From a bacterium (GTDB lineage: Bacteria; Desulfobacterota; Binatia; Binatales; Binataceae), in assembly GCA_014896235.1 (NCBI GenBank), contig JADBKU010000030.1:32939-96938 (forward strand): a stretch of 64,000 nt of DNA, written 5' to 3'. Within the stretch, counting starts at the first letter, position 1, and the number at the start of each line of letters is the position of its first letter. The notes below the pieces were generated by a model, which saw nothing but the letters and a program-made list of their open reading frames with translations, was not told the origin of the DNA and did not search any database. The position numbers were made by a program, and so were the translations under genes. Shown here piece by piece: positions 7,854 through 17,705 of the stretch.

Positions 7854-8490
7854 AGATGAAGAATTTCGCCGCAGATTGCGCCTGATCATGCAACAGTTCG
7901 GCTCGGTCGCCGATCTCGCGCGCGCCGTCGGCGTGTCCGACAACGCGATTTACAAATGGGTCTCGGGACGCGGCCAGCCCAGTATGATGAGCCTGGTGAA
8001 TCTCGCGAAAGCGGCGGGCGTTTCGGTCGAATGGTTGGCGACCGGCCGCGGCGCCTCCGGCCGCATCCGTGGCGAGACCGCCAGTAGCGCCGAAAGTTCC
8101 GAACACGTCGGCTCTGTGGGGCGCGCCGTCACGACTCTGCCGCCGAGCCCGCAGATCGTCGAATACGTGCGGTTGCGCGGCGATTGGCTGCAGCGGGTGC
8201 TCGGCGCCGACGCGCGCGCGATCGCGATGGTCGAGGCGGTTGGCGATTCGATGGCGCCGACGATCGACGAAGGCGACGTGGCGCTGACCGACCTGCGCGA
8301 AAACCGCTTCCGTTACGACGGCGTGTACGTGATTCGTTCCGACAACGAACTCGCGATCAAGCGTATCCAGCGCCAGCCCGACGGCGCCTTGCTGGTGCGC
8401 GGCGACAATCCCGCCTACGAACCCGCGACCGTACGGCCCGACCAGCTTAAGCTGCTGGGCCGCGTGATGTGGGTGTTCGGGCGGCTCTGA
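7837..8490 (+). CDS. CI/LexA-type repressor (XRE HTH plus S24 peptidase)
   Basis: SVADLARAVGVSDNAIYKWVSGRGQP...VSVEWLATGRG, S24 serine motif GDSMAPTI and lysine motif AIKRIQ; GGGAG RBS before ATG 7837. Confidence 0.92.
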   Translation: MSTTVVDEEFRRRLRLIMQQFGSVADLARAVGVSDNAIYKWVSGRGQPSMMSLVNLAKAAGVSVEWLATGRGASGRIRGETASSAESSEHVGSVGRAVTTLPPSPQIVEYVRLRGDWLQRVLGADARAIAMVEAVGDSMAPTIDEGDVALTDLRENRFRYDGVYVIRSDNELAIKRIQRQPDGALLVRGDNPAYEPATVRPDQLKLLGRVMWVFGRL

Positions 8491-8541
8491 CTCCGCCAGC
8501 GGCGGAGCGACGCCGGACCGCTCGCGCGTGGCGCGGGCAAA

Positions 8542-9312
8542 TCATTCGCCGAAGCGGCCGTGACGACCCGCGCCGCCCGTGAAACGGCGCGCGCCGGCGA
8601 CGGTTTCGCCCGACCGGATCGTGGCGATGCCGTGCCGGTACTCATTGGCCAGCGCCGCCGCCAGATCCATCGGAGCTTGCTCGTGCGCGGAGAGCCGGTC
8701 GCCGCGCAGGCACTGCTGCGGAAAGGATGCGATTTGTTCCGCCAGTTCACGCGCCGCGGCCAGCGCGCCGCCGCTTTCGGCAAGACGGTTGACCAGGCCC
8801 ATCCGAAACGCCTCTTCCGCGCCGACTCCCCGGCCGGTCAGAATCATGTCGAGCGCGTGGCTCATCCCGATTAGCCGCGGCAGGCGCACCGTGCCGCCGT
8901 CGACCAGCGGCACGCCGAAGCGCCGGCAATAGACGCCGAAGACGGCGTCGCGCGCGGCGATCCTGAGATCGCACCACAGCGCCAATTCCAGTCCGCCAGC
9001 GACGGCATGCCCTTCGACCGCCGCGATCACCGGTTTGCCGAGCAGCATCCGGGTGCATCCGAGCGGGCCATCGCCGTCGGGCGCGACCCGGTTGCCGCGA
9101 TCGCTGGCGACCGCCTTGAGGTCGGCGCCGGCGCAGAACGCGCCGCCCGTTCCGGTCAGGATCGCCACGTTCAGCGCCGGGTCCGCGTCGAAGCGCCGGA
9201 ACGCCTCCGCGAGCGCGTCGGCGGTCGGCCGATCCACGGCGTTGCGCACTTCGGGCCGGTTGATGGCGACGACCGCGATCGCGCCAGAACTCTCGAACGT
9301 GACAGTGGACAT
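8542..9312 (-). CDS. Enoyl-CoA hydratase/isomerase family protein
   Basis: INRPEVRNAVD, FCAGADL, GHAVAGGLELALWCD and GGTVRLPRLIG. Confidence 0.92.
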   Translation of the reverse strand: MSTVTFESSGAIAVVAINRPEVRNAVDRPTADALAEAFRRFDADPALNVAILTGTGGAFCAGADLKAVASDRGNRVAPDGDGPLGCTRMLLGKPVIAAVEGHAVAGGLELALWCDLRIAARDAVFGVYCRRFGVPLVDGGTVRLPRLIGMSHALDMILTGRGVGAEEAFRMGLVNRLAESGGALAAARELAEQIASFPQQCLRGDRLSAHEQAPMDLAAALANEYRHGIATIRSGETVAGARRFTGGAGRHGRFGE

Positions 9313-9500
9313 CCGACGACCTCCTGCGGCGGCGCGGCGCGCCGCCTGGATTCGGCCTTTTCGATAGCATGCGCGGGCGCGCGGAAAAATCCGCGCCGCG
9401 CGCTTGGCGCCGCGCGCCGATCGGCGCGACAATCGCGGTCGCGGCGGATCGTTTCGCGCTGGCGGGCGCGTCCGCCGGCGCGAACCTGTGGAGGCTTCCG

Positions 9501-10316
9501 ATGGCTTACAAGAATCTGCTTTACGAAAAGAGCGGCCGGGTCGCGAAAATCACCCTCGACCGCCCGCAATACCGCAACGCCCAATCGACCGCGCTGCTCA
9601 AGGAGTTGGACCGCGCCTTCGCCGAAGCGGCCGACGATCGCGAAGTGCGCGTGGTGATTCTGGCCGGCGCCGGCGATCATTTTTCGTCCGGCCACGACCT
9701 CGGCACGCCGGAGGAAAAGGCCGATCCGTCGAGCTATATCAACGTGCGCGGGCTGGCCAACCGGCACTGGAAATCGTGGGAGATTTTTCTCGACAATACG
9801 CTGCGCTGGCGCGACCTGCCGAAGGCGACGATCGCGCAGGTGCAGGGCTATTGCATATTCGGCGGATATATGTTCGCTTCGGCGATGGACCTGATCGTCG
9901 CGGCGGACGACGCGATGTTCCTGCCGTCGCTGACGCAGTATTTCTCGGCGCCGTGGGATCTCGGTCCGCGCAAGGCCAAGGAAATACTTTTCCAGAGCCG
10001 GTTTATCGACGCGCGCGAAGCCGAGCGGCTGGGCCTGGTGAACATGGTCGCGCCGCGCGCCGAGCTGGAGCGCGTGACGGCGGAGCTGGCGGCGCGCATC
10101 GCCGAAAGCGACGAATTCCAGCTCCGGATGGTTAAATTCGCGATCAATCAGGCGCAGGACGCGATGGGGTTCCGGACCGCGGTGCGCAACGCCCATTCGC
10201 ATCATTTTCTCGGCCGGATGCCGGCGTACAACAAAATCGATCAGGGCGAGGAGGCGCGGCCGAAGCGCCTGCCCGGCGTCGAGCAGGCGATCCGCAAGAT
10301 GGGCGGCCATAAATAG
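9501..10316 (+). CDS. Enoyl-CoA hydratase/isomerase family protein
   Basis: LDRPQYRNAQ, FSSGHDL and AQVQGYCIFGG; GGAGG RBS before ATG 9501. Confidence 0.9.
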   Translation: MAYKNLLYEKSGRVAKITLDRPQYRNAQSTALLKELDRAFAEAADDREVRVVILAGAGDHFSSGHDLGTPEEKADPSSYINVRGLANRHWKSWEIFLDNTLRWRDLPKATIAQVQGYCIFGGYMFASAMDLIVAADDAMFLPSLTQYFSAPWDLGPRKAKEILFQSRFIDAREAERLGLVNMVAPRAELERVTAELAARIAESDEFQLRMVKFAINQAQDAMGFRTAVRNAHSHHFLGRMPAYNKIDQGEEARPKRLPGVEQAIRKMGGHK

Positions 10317-10378
10317 CAACTTGCGCCGAAATAGTATTCAATCAAATCTCAGTAGAACATGACTTCAGGGAGACCGAG

Positions 10379-10774
10379 ATGAGCGCGGCGGACAACAAGA
10401 AACTGATTAGCGACGCCTTCGCGGCGTGGGCGCGCGGAGACGGCAATGCGTTTTTCAACCTGCTGGCGGAGGACGTGCGCTGGACCGTGATCGGCGGCAC
10501 GCCGGTGTCGCGGACCTATACGAGCCGCGACGCCTTCGTCGAGGGCGCGGTCAAGCCGCTCACCGCGAAGTTGGCCGGGCCGATCGTGCCGACGGTGCGC
10601 GATATTATCGCGGAAGGCGACAAGCTGGTCTTGCAGTGGGACGGCCGTTCGTCGGGCAAAAACGGCGCGATTTATCATCAGACGTATTGCTGGGTGATGC
10701 GTTTCGAGAATGGCAAGATTCGCGAGGGCACGGCCTACCTCGACACGGCGCTAATCGATCAACTCTGGGCCTGA
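10379..10774 (+). CDS. SnoaL/NTF2-like protein
   Basis: LLAEDVRWTVIG, IIAEGDKLV and YCWVMRFENGKIREGTAYLDT. Confidence 0.88.
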   Translation: MSAADNKKLISDAFAAWARGDGNAFFNLLAEDVRWTVIGGTPVSRTYTSRDAFVEGAVKPLTAKLAGPIVPTVRDIIAEGDKLVLQWDGRSSGKNGAIYHQTYCWVMRFENGKIREGTAYLDTALIDQLWA

Positions 10775-10837
10775 AGACCGCCGCGCGGCGCAAATAATCA
10801 CCGCGGGCGTTAGTTACGAAGTGGAGGCAAAAGCCGG

Positions 10838-11074
10838 ATGCGGATGAGATATCGGTCGGTCGGACTCGCGGCCGCGTTTGGTCTCGCGCTCGCGGCAAGC
10901 GCATGCGGACCGGATTCCAGTTCAGTCGGCGCCAGACCGCCGTGCGCCGCTTACCATTCGGCCAGCTCGGGCGGCCTTCCCGCGGGAGTCGGCTTCGATC
11001 CTTGCGGCCACTTTGGGGCGCACTTTAGCCGCGGATATTTTTTGCGGTCGAGTATGGCTCCGCCGCCGCGCTGA
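10838..11074 (+). CDS. Possible small lipoprotein
   Basis: Signal peptide ending LAASAC and a GGAGG RBS; no recognisable family. Confidence 0.4.
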   Translation: MRMRYRSVGLAAAFGLALAASACGPDSSSVGARPPCAAYHSASSGGLPAGVGFDPCGHFGAHFSRGYFLRSSMAPPPR

Positions 11075-11191
11075 CCGGCCGTCCGGGCGGGAGCGAGCGT
11101 CGCATGCGCCCCGGACGGTCTGCTGCTTCGTATCGCGACGACGGCTAAAATTGAATCAGCCGAAATAAGCCGCAATCAATCGCCATAAGCC

Positions 11192-11907
11192 GTGGCCGGC
11201 TTTCGGCCGGAAACAGCCATGCATACAAGTCGCGAAGCGGATCGGCGCGCCCGGCGCAACTCCGTTCATGCCGGCGCGGAACGTCGCGCGGCGCCGGATC
11301 GCGCCGCGGCGCTGGGTCAGTACCGGGCGCGCGCCGCGGTGTACGATTTCGAGATCTCCGCGGTCGAGCCGATGCGGCGGCGGGCGATCGAGCGGCTCGG
11401 CTTGAGCGCGGGCGAGGTCGTGATCGACGCCGGATGCGGCACGGGGCTGAGCCTGATCGCGCTGGCGCGCGCGGTCGGCGAGAGCGGCGCGGTAATCGGC
11501 GTCGAACAATCGCCGGAAATGATCCGGCGCGCGCGCGATCGAATCGCGGCGGCGAGACTGACAACGTGACGCTGGTCAACGCGCCCGGAGAAGAGGCCGA
11601 AATTCCGCGCACGGCCGACGCCCTGCTGTTCCATTTCACGCACGACTTGATGCAGATCGAGGCGGCCGTCGCGCGCCTGATGGCGGCGGTCAGGCCGGGC
11701 GGCCGGGTGGTCGCGACGGGATTGAAGTGGGCGCCGTGGTGGATGCCGGCGACGAATCTGTTCGTTCGCGCAGCGGCGCTGCGCTCGGTAACGACGCTGG
11801 CTGGACTCGACTATCCGTGGCGCAACCTGACGCCTTATTTGGCCGGCATGGTGGTCGAGGCGGGCTACGGCGGCGGAACTTACTTAGCCTACGGAACGCG
11901 CAAATGA
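11192..11907 (+). pseudogene. Class I SAM methyltransferase split by a 1-nt frameshift near 11560
   Basis: First frame has VIDAGCGTG...GVEQSPEM...AAARL; the domain continues in another frame as DNVTLVNAP...RPGGRVVATG. Start uncertain. Confidence 0.75.
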
Positions 11908-12608
11908 ACGGCGAAAGTGATGGGCAGGAGGACTCGATCGGCGCTGTGCCGCCGGCCGCAATCCTGCGCATGATCCTTGGCGCGCTTGGCGCGACCGTGG
12001 TTTTCGGACTTGCGGCCGAAGCCGTTCAGGCGGCGCTCGAGTACGGGCGGCTGGCCGCCGATCCGGTCTTCCACGGATGGAACGCGCCGCATGGCGACGG
12101 GCGGCCCGTGATCGCGATTCCGGGCTTTCTCGGCAGCGACGGTTATCTGGGAACGCTGCGCGGCTGGCTCGGGCGAATCGGCTACCGGCCGTTTGAATCG
12201 GGATTGCGCCGCAACACCGGATTCAACGCCGCGCTGCTGGCTGAAATCGAGCAACGGACGGCCGAAGCCGCTCGCGCATCGGGAGGTCCGGTCGCGCTGG
12301 TCGGCCACAGCCTGGGCGGCGTTTACGCCCGCGCAATCGCGCGCCGGCGGCCGGAACTGGTGAGCGACGTGATCACGCTGGGTTCGCCCCTCGGACTTGA
12401 CGCCGGCCCGATTCCGGCTTCGGTTAGATTCACGGCAATCTATACGCGCGCCGATCGAATCGTGCGCTATCCGCGCGCGCTGGCGCCGGGACCAGGCGCA
12501 CGCAACGTCGAGGCCGGCGGATCGCATGTTGGCATGGCCTTCAACGCCGAGGTTTATCGCGCGATCGCGGCCGCGCTGGCCGGCAGCCGCCACGTCTCGT
12601 CCGCATAA
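11904..12608 (+). CDS. Alpha/beta hydrolase (esterase/lipase-like)
   Basis: [18 protein letters not shown] and C-terminal SHVGM; ATGA overlap with the upstream stop. Confidence 0.85.
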   Translation: MNGESDGQEDSIGAVPPAAILRMILGALGATVVFGLAAEAVQAALEYGRLAADPVFHGWNAPHGDGRPVIAIPGFLGSDGYLGTLRGWLGRIGYRPFESGLRRNTGFNAALLAEIEQRTAEAARASGGPVALVGHSLGGVYARAIARRRPELVSDVITLGSPLGLDAGPIPASVRFTAIYTRADRIVRYPRALAPGPGARNVEAGGSHVGMAFNAEVYRAIAAALAGSRHVSSA

Positions 12609-12715
12609 TTCCAACCGCGCCCGCCCGCCGTCCTTGCGCGTGTGGTTTACAGCGCCGAACAAACGGGGCACGATTTTACCGCGGCGCGGGCCGATCGCCC
12701 GCGGCGCACGAACCG

Positions 12716-14074
12716 ATGGAACAAACGCCGGTAACGGTGATTGGCGCCGGACTCGCGGGCAGCGAGGCGGCGTGGCAGCTCGCGCGCCGCGGAATTCGTG
12801 TGCGGCTTTACGAGATGCGTCCGGTCGCCGCGACCGAGGCGCATCGGACGCCGTTCTTTGCCGAGCTGGTCTGCTCGAATTCGCTGCGCAACGCCTCGCT
12901 GGAGACGGCGGTCGGCGTGCTGAAAGAGGAGATGCGGCGGCTCGGCTCGCTGATTATCGCGGCTGCCGATCGCGCGCGCGTTCCGGCCGGAGCGGCGCTC
13001 GCGGTGGATCGCGACGCCTTCGCGCGGTCCGTGACCGGCGCCCTAGAATCGCATCCGCTGGTCGAAGTGATCCGCGAAGAGGCGACCGCGATTCCCGCCG
13101 GCCGGGCGATTATCGCCACCGGACCGCTAACCAGTCCGGGGCTGGCGCGGGAATTGAACCGGATAATCGGCGAGAACCGGCTTTATTTTTACGACGCGAT
13201 CGCGCCGATCGTGACCGCCGAATCGATCGATATGGCGGTCGCGTTCAAGGCGTCGCGATGGGGCGTCGGCGGCGACGACTACATCAATTGTCCGCTCGAC
13301 GAAGCGCGCTATCACGAATTTATCGCGGCGGTGATGGCGGCGGATAAAGTCGCGGTCCATCCGTTTGAAAAACCGATCTATTTCGAGGGCTGCATGCCGA
13401 TCGAGGAGATGGCGCGGCGCGGTCCGATGACGCTCGCGTTTGGCCCGATGAAGCCGGTCGGCCTGATCGATCCGCGCACGGGACAGCGGCCGTTCGCGGT
13501 CGTGCAGCTCCGCCAGGACGACAGCGCGGGGCGGCTTTACAATATCGTAGGTTTTCAAACCAAGATGACCTATCCGGAGCAGCGGCGGGTGTTGAGGATG
13601 ATTCCGGGCCTTGAGCGGGCGGAATTCGTGCGGCTCGGCTCGCTCCATCGCAATACCTTTATCGATTCGCCGCGCCTGCTGCGGCCGACGCTGCAGTTGC
13701 GCGGACGCGACGATCTGATGCTGGCCGGGCAGATGATCGGCGTCGAAGGGTACGTCGAATCGGCGGCGGCCGGGATGCTTGCGGGAATCAATCTGGCGCG
13801 GATCGCGAACGGCGGCGCGCCGTCCGCGCCGCCGCCGGAGAGCGCGCTCGGCTCGCTGATCGCGTACGTGACCGATCCGGCGCGCCGCGATTTCCAGCCG
13901 ATGAATGCGAATTTCGGACTGATGCCGCCGATTGCCGGACGCTTGCGCGGACGGGAGAAGAAAATCGCGATGGGCAGGCGGGCGCTCGCGGCGTTTGAGC
14001 AATGGATTGCGCGCGAACGGCTTGAAGACGGATGCGGCGCCGTCGCATATCCGGACGAGGCGGTAACGGCGTGA
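12716..14074 (+). CDS. trmFO: Methylenetetrahydrofolate--tRNA-(uracil-5-)-methyltransferase
   Basis: [34 protein letters not shown] and [10 protein letters not shown]. Confidence 0.97.
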   Translation: MEQTPVTVIGAGLAGSEAAWQLARRGIRVRLYEMRPVAATEAHRTPFFAELVCSNSLRNASLETAVGVLKEEMRRLGSLIIAAADRARVPAGAALAVDRDAFARSVTGALESHPLVEVIREEATAIPAGRAIIATGPLTSPGLARELNRIIGENRLYFYDAIAPIVTAESIDMAVAFKASRWGVGGDDYINCPLDEARYHEFIAAVMAADKVAVHPFEKPIYFEGCMPIEEMARRGPMTLAFGPMKPVGLIDPRTGQRPFAVVQLRQDDSAGRLYNIVGFQTKMTYPEQRRVLRMIPGLERAEFVRLGSLHRNTFIDSPRLLRPTLQLRGRDDLMLAGQMIGVEGYVESAAAGMLAGINLARIANGGAPSAPPPESALGSLIAYVTDPARRDFQPMNANFGLMPPIAGRLRGREKKIAMGRRALAAFEQWIARERLEDGCGAVAYPDEAVTA

Positions 14075-15000
14075 AGATTGGCGCGCTCGACGTCGGCAGC
14101 AACACAGTGCTGATGCTGGTCGCGGAAGCGACTGCGCCCGCGACGATCGCGAAGATCGCCGACATGAGCCGAATCACCCGGCTCGGACGCGGCGTTGACG
14201 CCGCTCGGGCGCTCGATCCCGAATCCGCCGCGCGCACCCTCGATACGATCGACGAATTCGCGTCGCGGGCGCGCGAGCTCGGCGCCGAGCGGATTTTAGC
14301 CGTCGCGACCGCCGCCTTGCGCGACGCGCGCGACGGCGCGGAATTTATCGCCCGCGTGAAACAACGGACGGGCGTGACCTTGGAAATAATCAGCGGCGAG
14401 AGCGAGGCGAGACTCTCGTGGCTGGCGGCGACGCGCGGCTTGAAAATCGATCCCTCGGAGCGCCTGCTGGTCGTCGATATTGGCGGCGGTTCGACCGAGC
14501 TGATTCGCGCCGAACCGGGCGCCACGCCCAATCTGACCAGCCTGCAGCTTGGATCGGTAAGATTGACCGAGCGAATCGTGCGCCACGATCCGCCGACCGC
14601 GCGCGAGGCCGCCGATCTCAGGCTTGCGTGCGACGAGTTGTTGCAAAAACTTGGATGGGAATTCGCGCCGTCGGTGATGGTTGGCATCGCCGGAACCGTG
14701 ACGACGATCTGCGCCGTGACGCTGGGACTGCATCATTACGACGCATCGCGGGTCCATGGCTATCGGCTGGCGCGCGCGCAGGTGCTGGAGGCGATCGCGC
14801 GCTTCGGCGCTGTGACGCTGGAAGAGCGGCGCAAGATGCCAGGGCTGGAGCCGGGGCGCGCGGACGTCATTTTCGCGGGCGCGGCGATCCTGGAACGGGT
14901 TATGGAGCATTTCGGGCTGGATGAAGTAATCGTAAGCGACCAGGGGGTGCGCTGGGGCCTCGTTTGGCAGGCGCTCGATCAGATGGCGGCGGCGCGCTGA
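14071..15000 (+). CDS. ppx: Ppx/GppA family phosphatase
   Basis: [27 protein letters not shown] and RADVI..G. Confidence 0.9.
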   Translation: MKIGALDVGSNTVLMLVAEATAPATIAKIADMSRITRLGRGVDAARALDPESAARTLDTIDEFASRARELGAERILAVATAALRDARDGAEFIARVKQRTGVTLEIISGESEARLSWLAATRGLKIDPSERLLVVDIGGGSTELIRAEPGATPNLTSLQLGSVRLTERIVRHDPPTAREAADLRLACDELLQKLGWEFAPSVMVGIAGTVTTICAVTLGLHHYDASRVHGYRLARAQVLEAIARFGAVTLEERRKMPGLEPGRADVIFAGAAILERVMEHFGLDEVIVSDQGVRWGLVWQALDQMAAAR

Positions 15001-15044
15001 AGCGCGCCGCCGCGCCAAACGAAGCACAGATCGCCTGGATTGCG

Positions 15045-15314
15045 ATGACGAAGGCCGAATTAATCGAAGCGGTGGCGAAATCGACGCGCCAGCAAAAAAA
15101 GGCGGTCGCGCTCATTATCGAGCTCGCGTTCGATCAGATTGCGCGCGCGATCCGTCGCGACAAGCGTTTCGTGATGCCCGGCTTCGGAACATTTTCCGTC
15201 CGGCGCCATAAAGCGCGTGCGGGATTCAATCCGCGCACCAACGCGCCGATGACGATCCCGGCGACCCGGACGGTCGGGTTTCGTCCCGCGCCCAAGCTGA
15301 AGAAGGGACTTTAG
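15045..15314 (+). CDS. hup: HU/IHF family DNA-binding protein
   Basis: MTKAELIEAVA, PGFGTF and NPRT...TIPA..VGFRPA. Confidence 0.9.
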   Translation: MTKAELIEAVAKSTRQQKKAVALIIELAFDQIARAIRRDKRFVMPGFGTFSVRRHKARAGFNPRTNAPMTIPATRTVGFRPAPKLKKGL

Positions 15315-15362
15315 CGCGCGATCGATGGAATCATCCCGCCCTGCGCCGGCCAATCCCGATCG

Positions 15363-16796
15363 ATGAAGCGGGGCCGCTTATATCCCCTTTCCATTCTGGC
15401 GTTGGCGCTCGTGGCGGGCGGTTTTCTGCGCTTCTATCGGTTGGACGCTTTCGAGATGTCCGCGGACGAAGGCGCCTCGTGGGCGGCCGCCGCGGCGCCG
15501 TCGCTGTCCGCGGTGCTGCGCGCGCAGGTCGTGCTGAATCCGGGCAAGGCGGGATTGCACGACCTGGCGTTGCATCTGTGGATGCGCGCCTTCGGCGACG
15601 GGCTGAGCGCGATGAGAGCGCTGTCGGCGGTCGCGGGCACGCTCGCTGTGGCGCTGGTGTTCCTGCTCACGCGCGAGACGTTCGCGCCGCCGTCCGGCGC
15701 CGACGAGTCGGCCGCGCCGCTGCCGGCGGAGGCGCGCGATTTGGCCGCCGCGCTTGCGGCACTGCTGTTCGCCGTGAATCTGGTGATGGTCAAATACGCG
15801 CGTGAGGCGCGGATGTATCCGCTCGAAATCGACGCTGTAATCGGCGCCGCCTACTGCGTGATTTGCGGAATGAACCGCGGCGGCTGGATCTGGCCGGCGT
15901 TGGCGGCGATCTGCGCGGCGTTGGCGATCGCCGCGCATCTGACGGCGCTTGCGGCGTTGGGAGCGATCGGGCTCTGGTTGCTTTATATTTTTCTTCAAGC
16001 GCAGGGCGGCGCTAAATCCGCCGCAACCAGCGCGCGGCGCGCGCTGGGAAATCTCGCCGCGCTGGCGGCGGGAGCGGCCTTGCTGGCGCCGCTCGCGCCG
16101 GCTGTGATCGGGTCGGCGGCGCATGCCGCGGCGATCGGCGCGATCGGCTGGATCAAGCGGCCGGCGTGGTGGGCGCCCTTCGCTCTGTTCAACAAGGCCG
16201 CAGGAACGTTCGCATTTCCGGTGTACGCGGCGCTCGCGGGATGGGGCGCGATCCGGTGCTGGCGGCAGGCCCGTGACCGCGTGCTCTTCGCCCTAATCTG
16301 GATGTGGGCGCCGCCGACGGTCGTGCTGGCGGCGTCATACATTCTTGAGCCGCTGTTTATGGAGCGTTATCTGATCGCGGTTTTCGTGCCATTTTTCATG
16401 CTCGCGGCGCTGGGAATCGTGGCGATTGAAAGCCGGCCGTCGCGGGGGCTGGCGTTGGGGCTGGCGCTGACGCTCGCCCTAGGTCATCTGTGGGCGTGGT
16501 CGCGCAAAGCCCATGACGTGCAATGGCGGGAGGCGGCGATGGCGGCGCGGTATCGATGCGCCGCGGGTGAAGCGATCGTCGTCGCGCCCGGCTATGCCGA
16601 CAACGTTGTGCGATACTATTTGCGCGGACTTAAGGACGGCCCGCGGGTGATTCCCGTGAACAAAGCGGCCGGAAGCGACGCGCGGGTCGCGATTCTCGGC
16701 GACGCCGGCGTTGCGCCGGAAGTCGCCGCCAGGGTCCGTGCCGAATATCCGCGAGTTGTGGCGCGTGATCGCGGGGTCGTGGTACGAGAACGATAA
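15363..16796 (+). CDS. GT-C fold polyprenyl-phosphate glycosyltransferase (GT39/ArnT-like)
   Basis: LRFYRL...ADEG acidic loop, AMRALSA, YAREARMY and many TM segments. Confidence 0.8.
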   Translation: MKRGRLYPLSILALALVAGGFLRFYRLDAFEMSADEGASWAAAAAPSLSAVLRAQVVLNPGKAGLHDLALHLWMRAFGDGLSAMRALSAVAGTLAVALVFLLTRETFAPPSGADESAAPLPAEARDLAAALAALLFAVNLVMVKYAREARMYPLEIDAVIGAAYCVICGMNRGGWIWPALAAICAALAIAAHLTALAALGAIGLWLLYIFLQAQGGAKSAATSARRALGNLAALAAGAALLAPLAPAVIGSAAHAAAIGAIGWIKRPAWWAPFALFNKAAGTFAFPVYAALAGWGAIRCWRQARDRVLFALIWMWAPPTVVLAASYILEPLFMERYLIAVFVPFFMLAALGIVAIESRPSRGLALGLALTLALGHLWAWSRKAHDVQWREAAMAARYRCAAGEAIVVAPGYADNVVRYYLRGLKDGPRVIPVNKAAGSDARVAILGDAGVAPEVAARVRAEYPRVVARDRGVVVRER

Positions 16797-16829
16797 TTTC
16801 GGCGGCGACCGATCAGGGAGACGAATCAG

Positions 16830-17690
16830 ATGGCGGAAAGTGCGGTTAGTCCGGAACGTTTGAAGGAAGAACAGCGGCGCGACTGGGACATTGCCGCGGC
16901 GGGTTGGAAGAAGTGGTGGCCGTTGTTTGAACAGTGTGCCAGCCATGTGAGCGAACGGTTGGTCGAACTGGCGGGAGTACGGCCGGGCGCGCGCGTGCTG
17001 GATATCGCGACCGGCAACGGCGAACCGGCTCTGACCGCGGCGCGGCGGGCCGCTCCCGCCGGTTTCGTGATCGCCACCGATCAATCGCCCGGGATGATCG
17101 CGATCGCGCGCGAGCGTGCGGCGGCCGCGGGCGTCGCCAACGTCGAGTTCCGCCAGATTGACGGAGAGAGTCTCGATATACCGGAGCGCGATTTTGACGC
17201 GGTGGTTTGCCGCTGGGGCCTGATGTTTATGCCGGACTATGCCGGCGCGGTGCGCGCGATCCATGCGCGCCTGAAACCCGGCGGCCGGTTCGCCACGGCC
17301 GTGTGGGCGGGCGCCGACCGCGTGCCGATGATCGCGATCGGCGCGGAAGCGGTGAGGCGGATTGCGGCGTTGCCGCCGCCGCCGCCCGACGCGCTCGGAC
17401 CGCTCAGGCTCGCCGACGAGTCGCGCCTGCGCGCCGCGTTGAGCGCGGCCGGGTTCCGCGATATCGCCGTCGAGCGGATGATCGTCGAGTTCGTTTTCGA
17501 TTCGCCCGAGGACTTTACGCAGATGCGCGTCGATGTCTCGGCGCAGTTCCACGCGCTGCTGGATCGGGTCAGCGCCGCCGAACGCGGCCGGATAATCGCG
17601 GCGGTCACCGATGGCGCGCGCGCGTTTGTCGCGGCCGACGGTAAAGAACGCACACGCAACGAGACAATCTGCTTTTCGGCCGCTCGTTGA
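16830..17690 (+). CDS. Class I SAM-dependent methyltransferase (UbiE-like)
   Basis: VLDIATGNGEP, FDAVVCRWGLMFMP and LKPGGRF. Confidence 0.88.
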   Translation: MAESAVSPERLKEEQRRDWDIAAAGWKKWWPLFEQCASHVSERLVELAGVRPGARVLDIATGNGEPALTAARRAAPAGFVIATDQSPGMIAIARERAAAAGVANVEFRQIDGESLDIPERDFDAVVCRWGLMFMPDYAGAVRAIHARLKPGGRFATAVWAGADRVPMIAIGAEAVRRIAALPPPPPDALGPLRLADESRLRAALSAAGFRDIAVERMIVEFVFDSPEDFTQMRVDVSAQFHALLDRVSAAERGRIIAAVTDGARAFVAADGKERTRNETICFSAAR

Positions 17691-17705
17691 GGCGATCGGG
17701 CGGCG

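Noticed and set aside
4589-8490. Intact inducible prophage
   Set aside because: No integrase, transposase, terminase, capsid or tail gene and no att repeats seen; the lysis genes are damaged.
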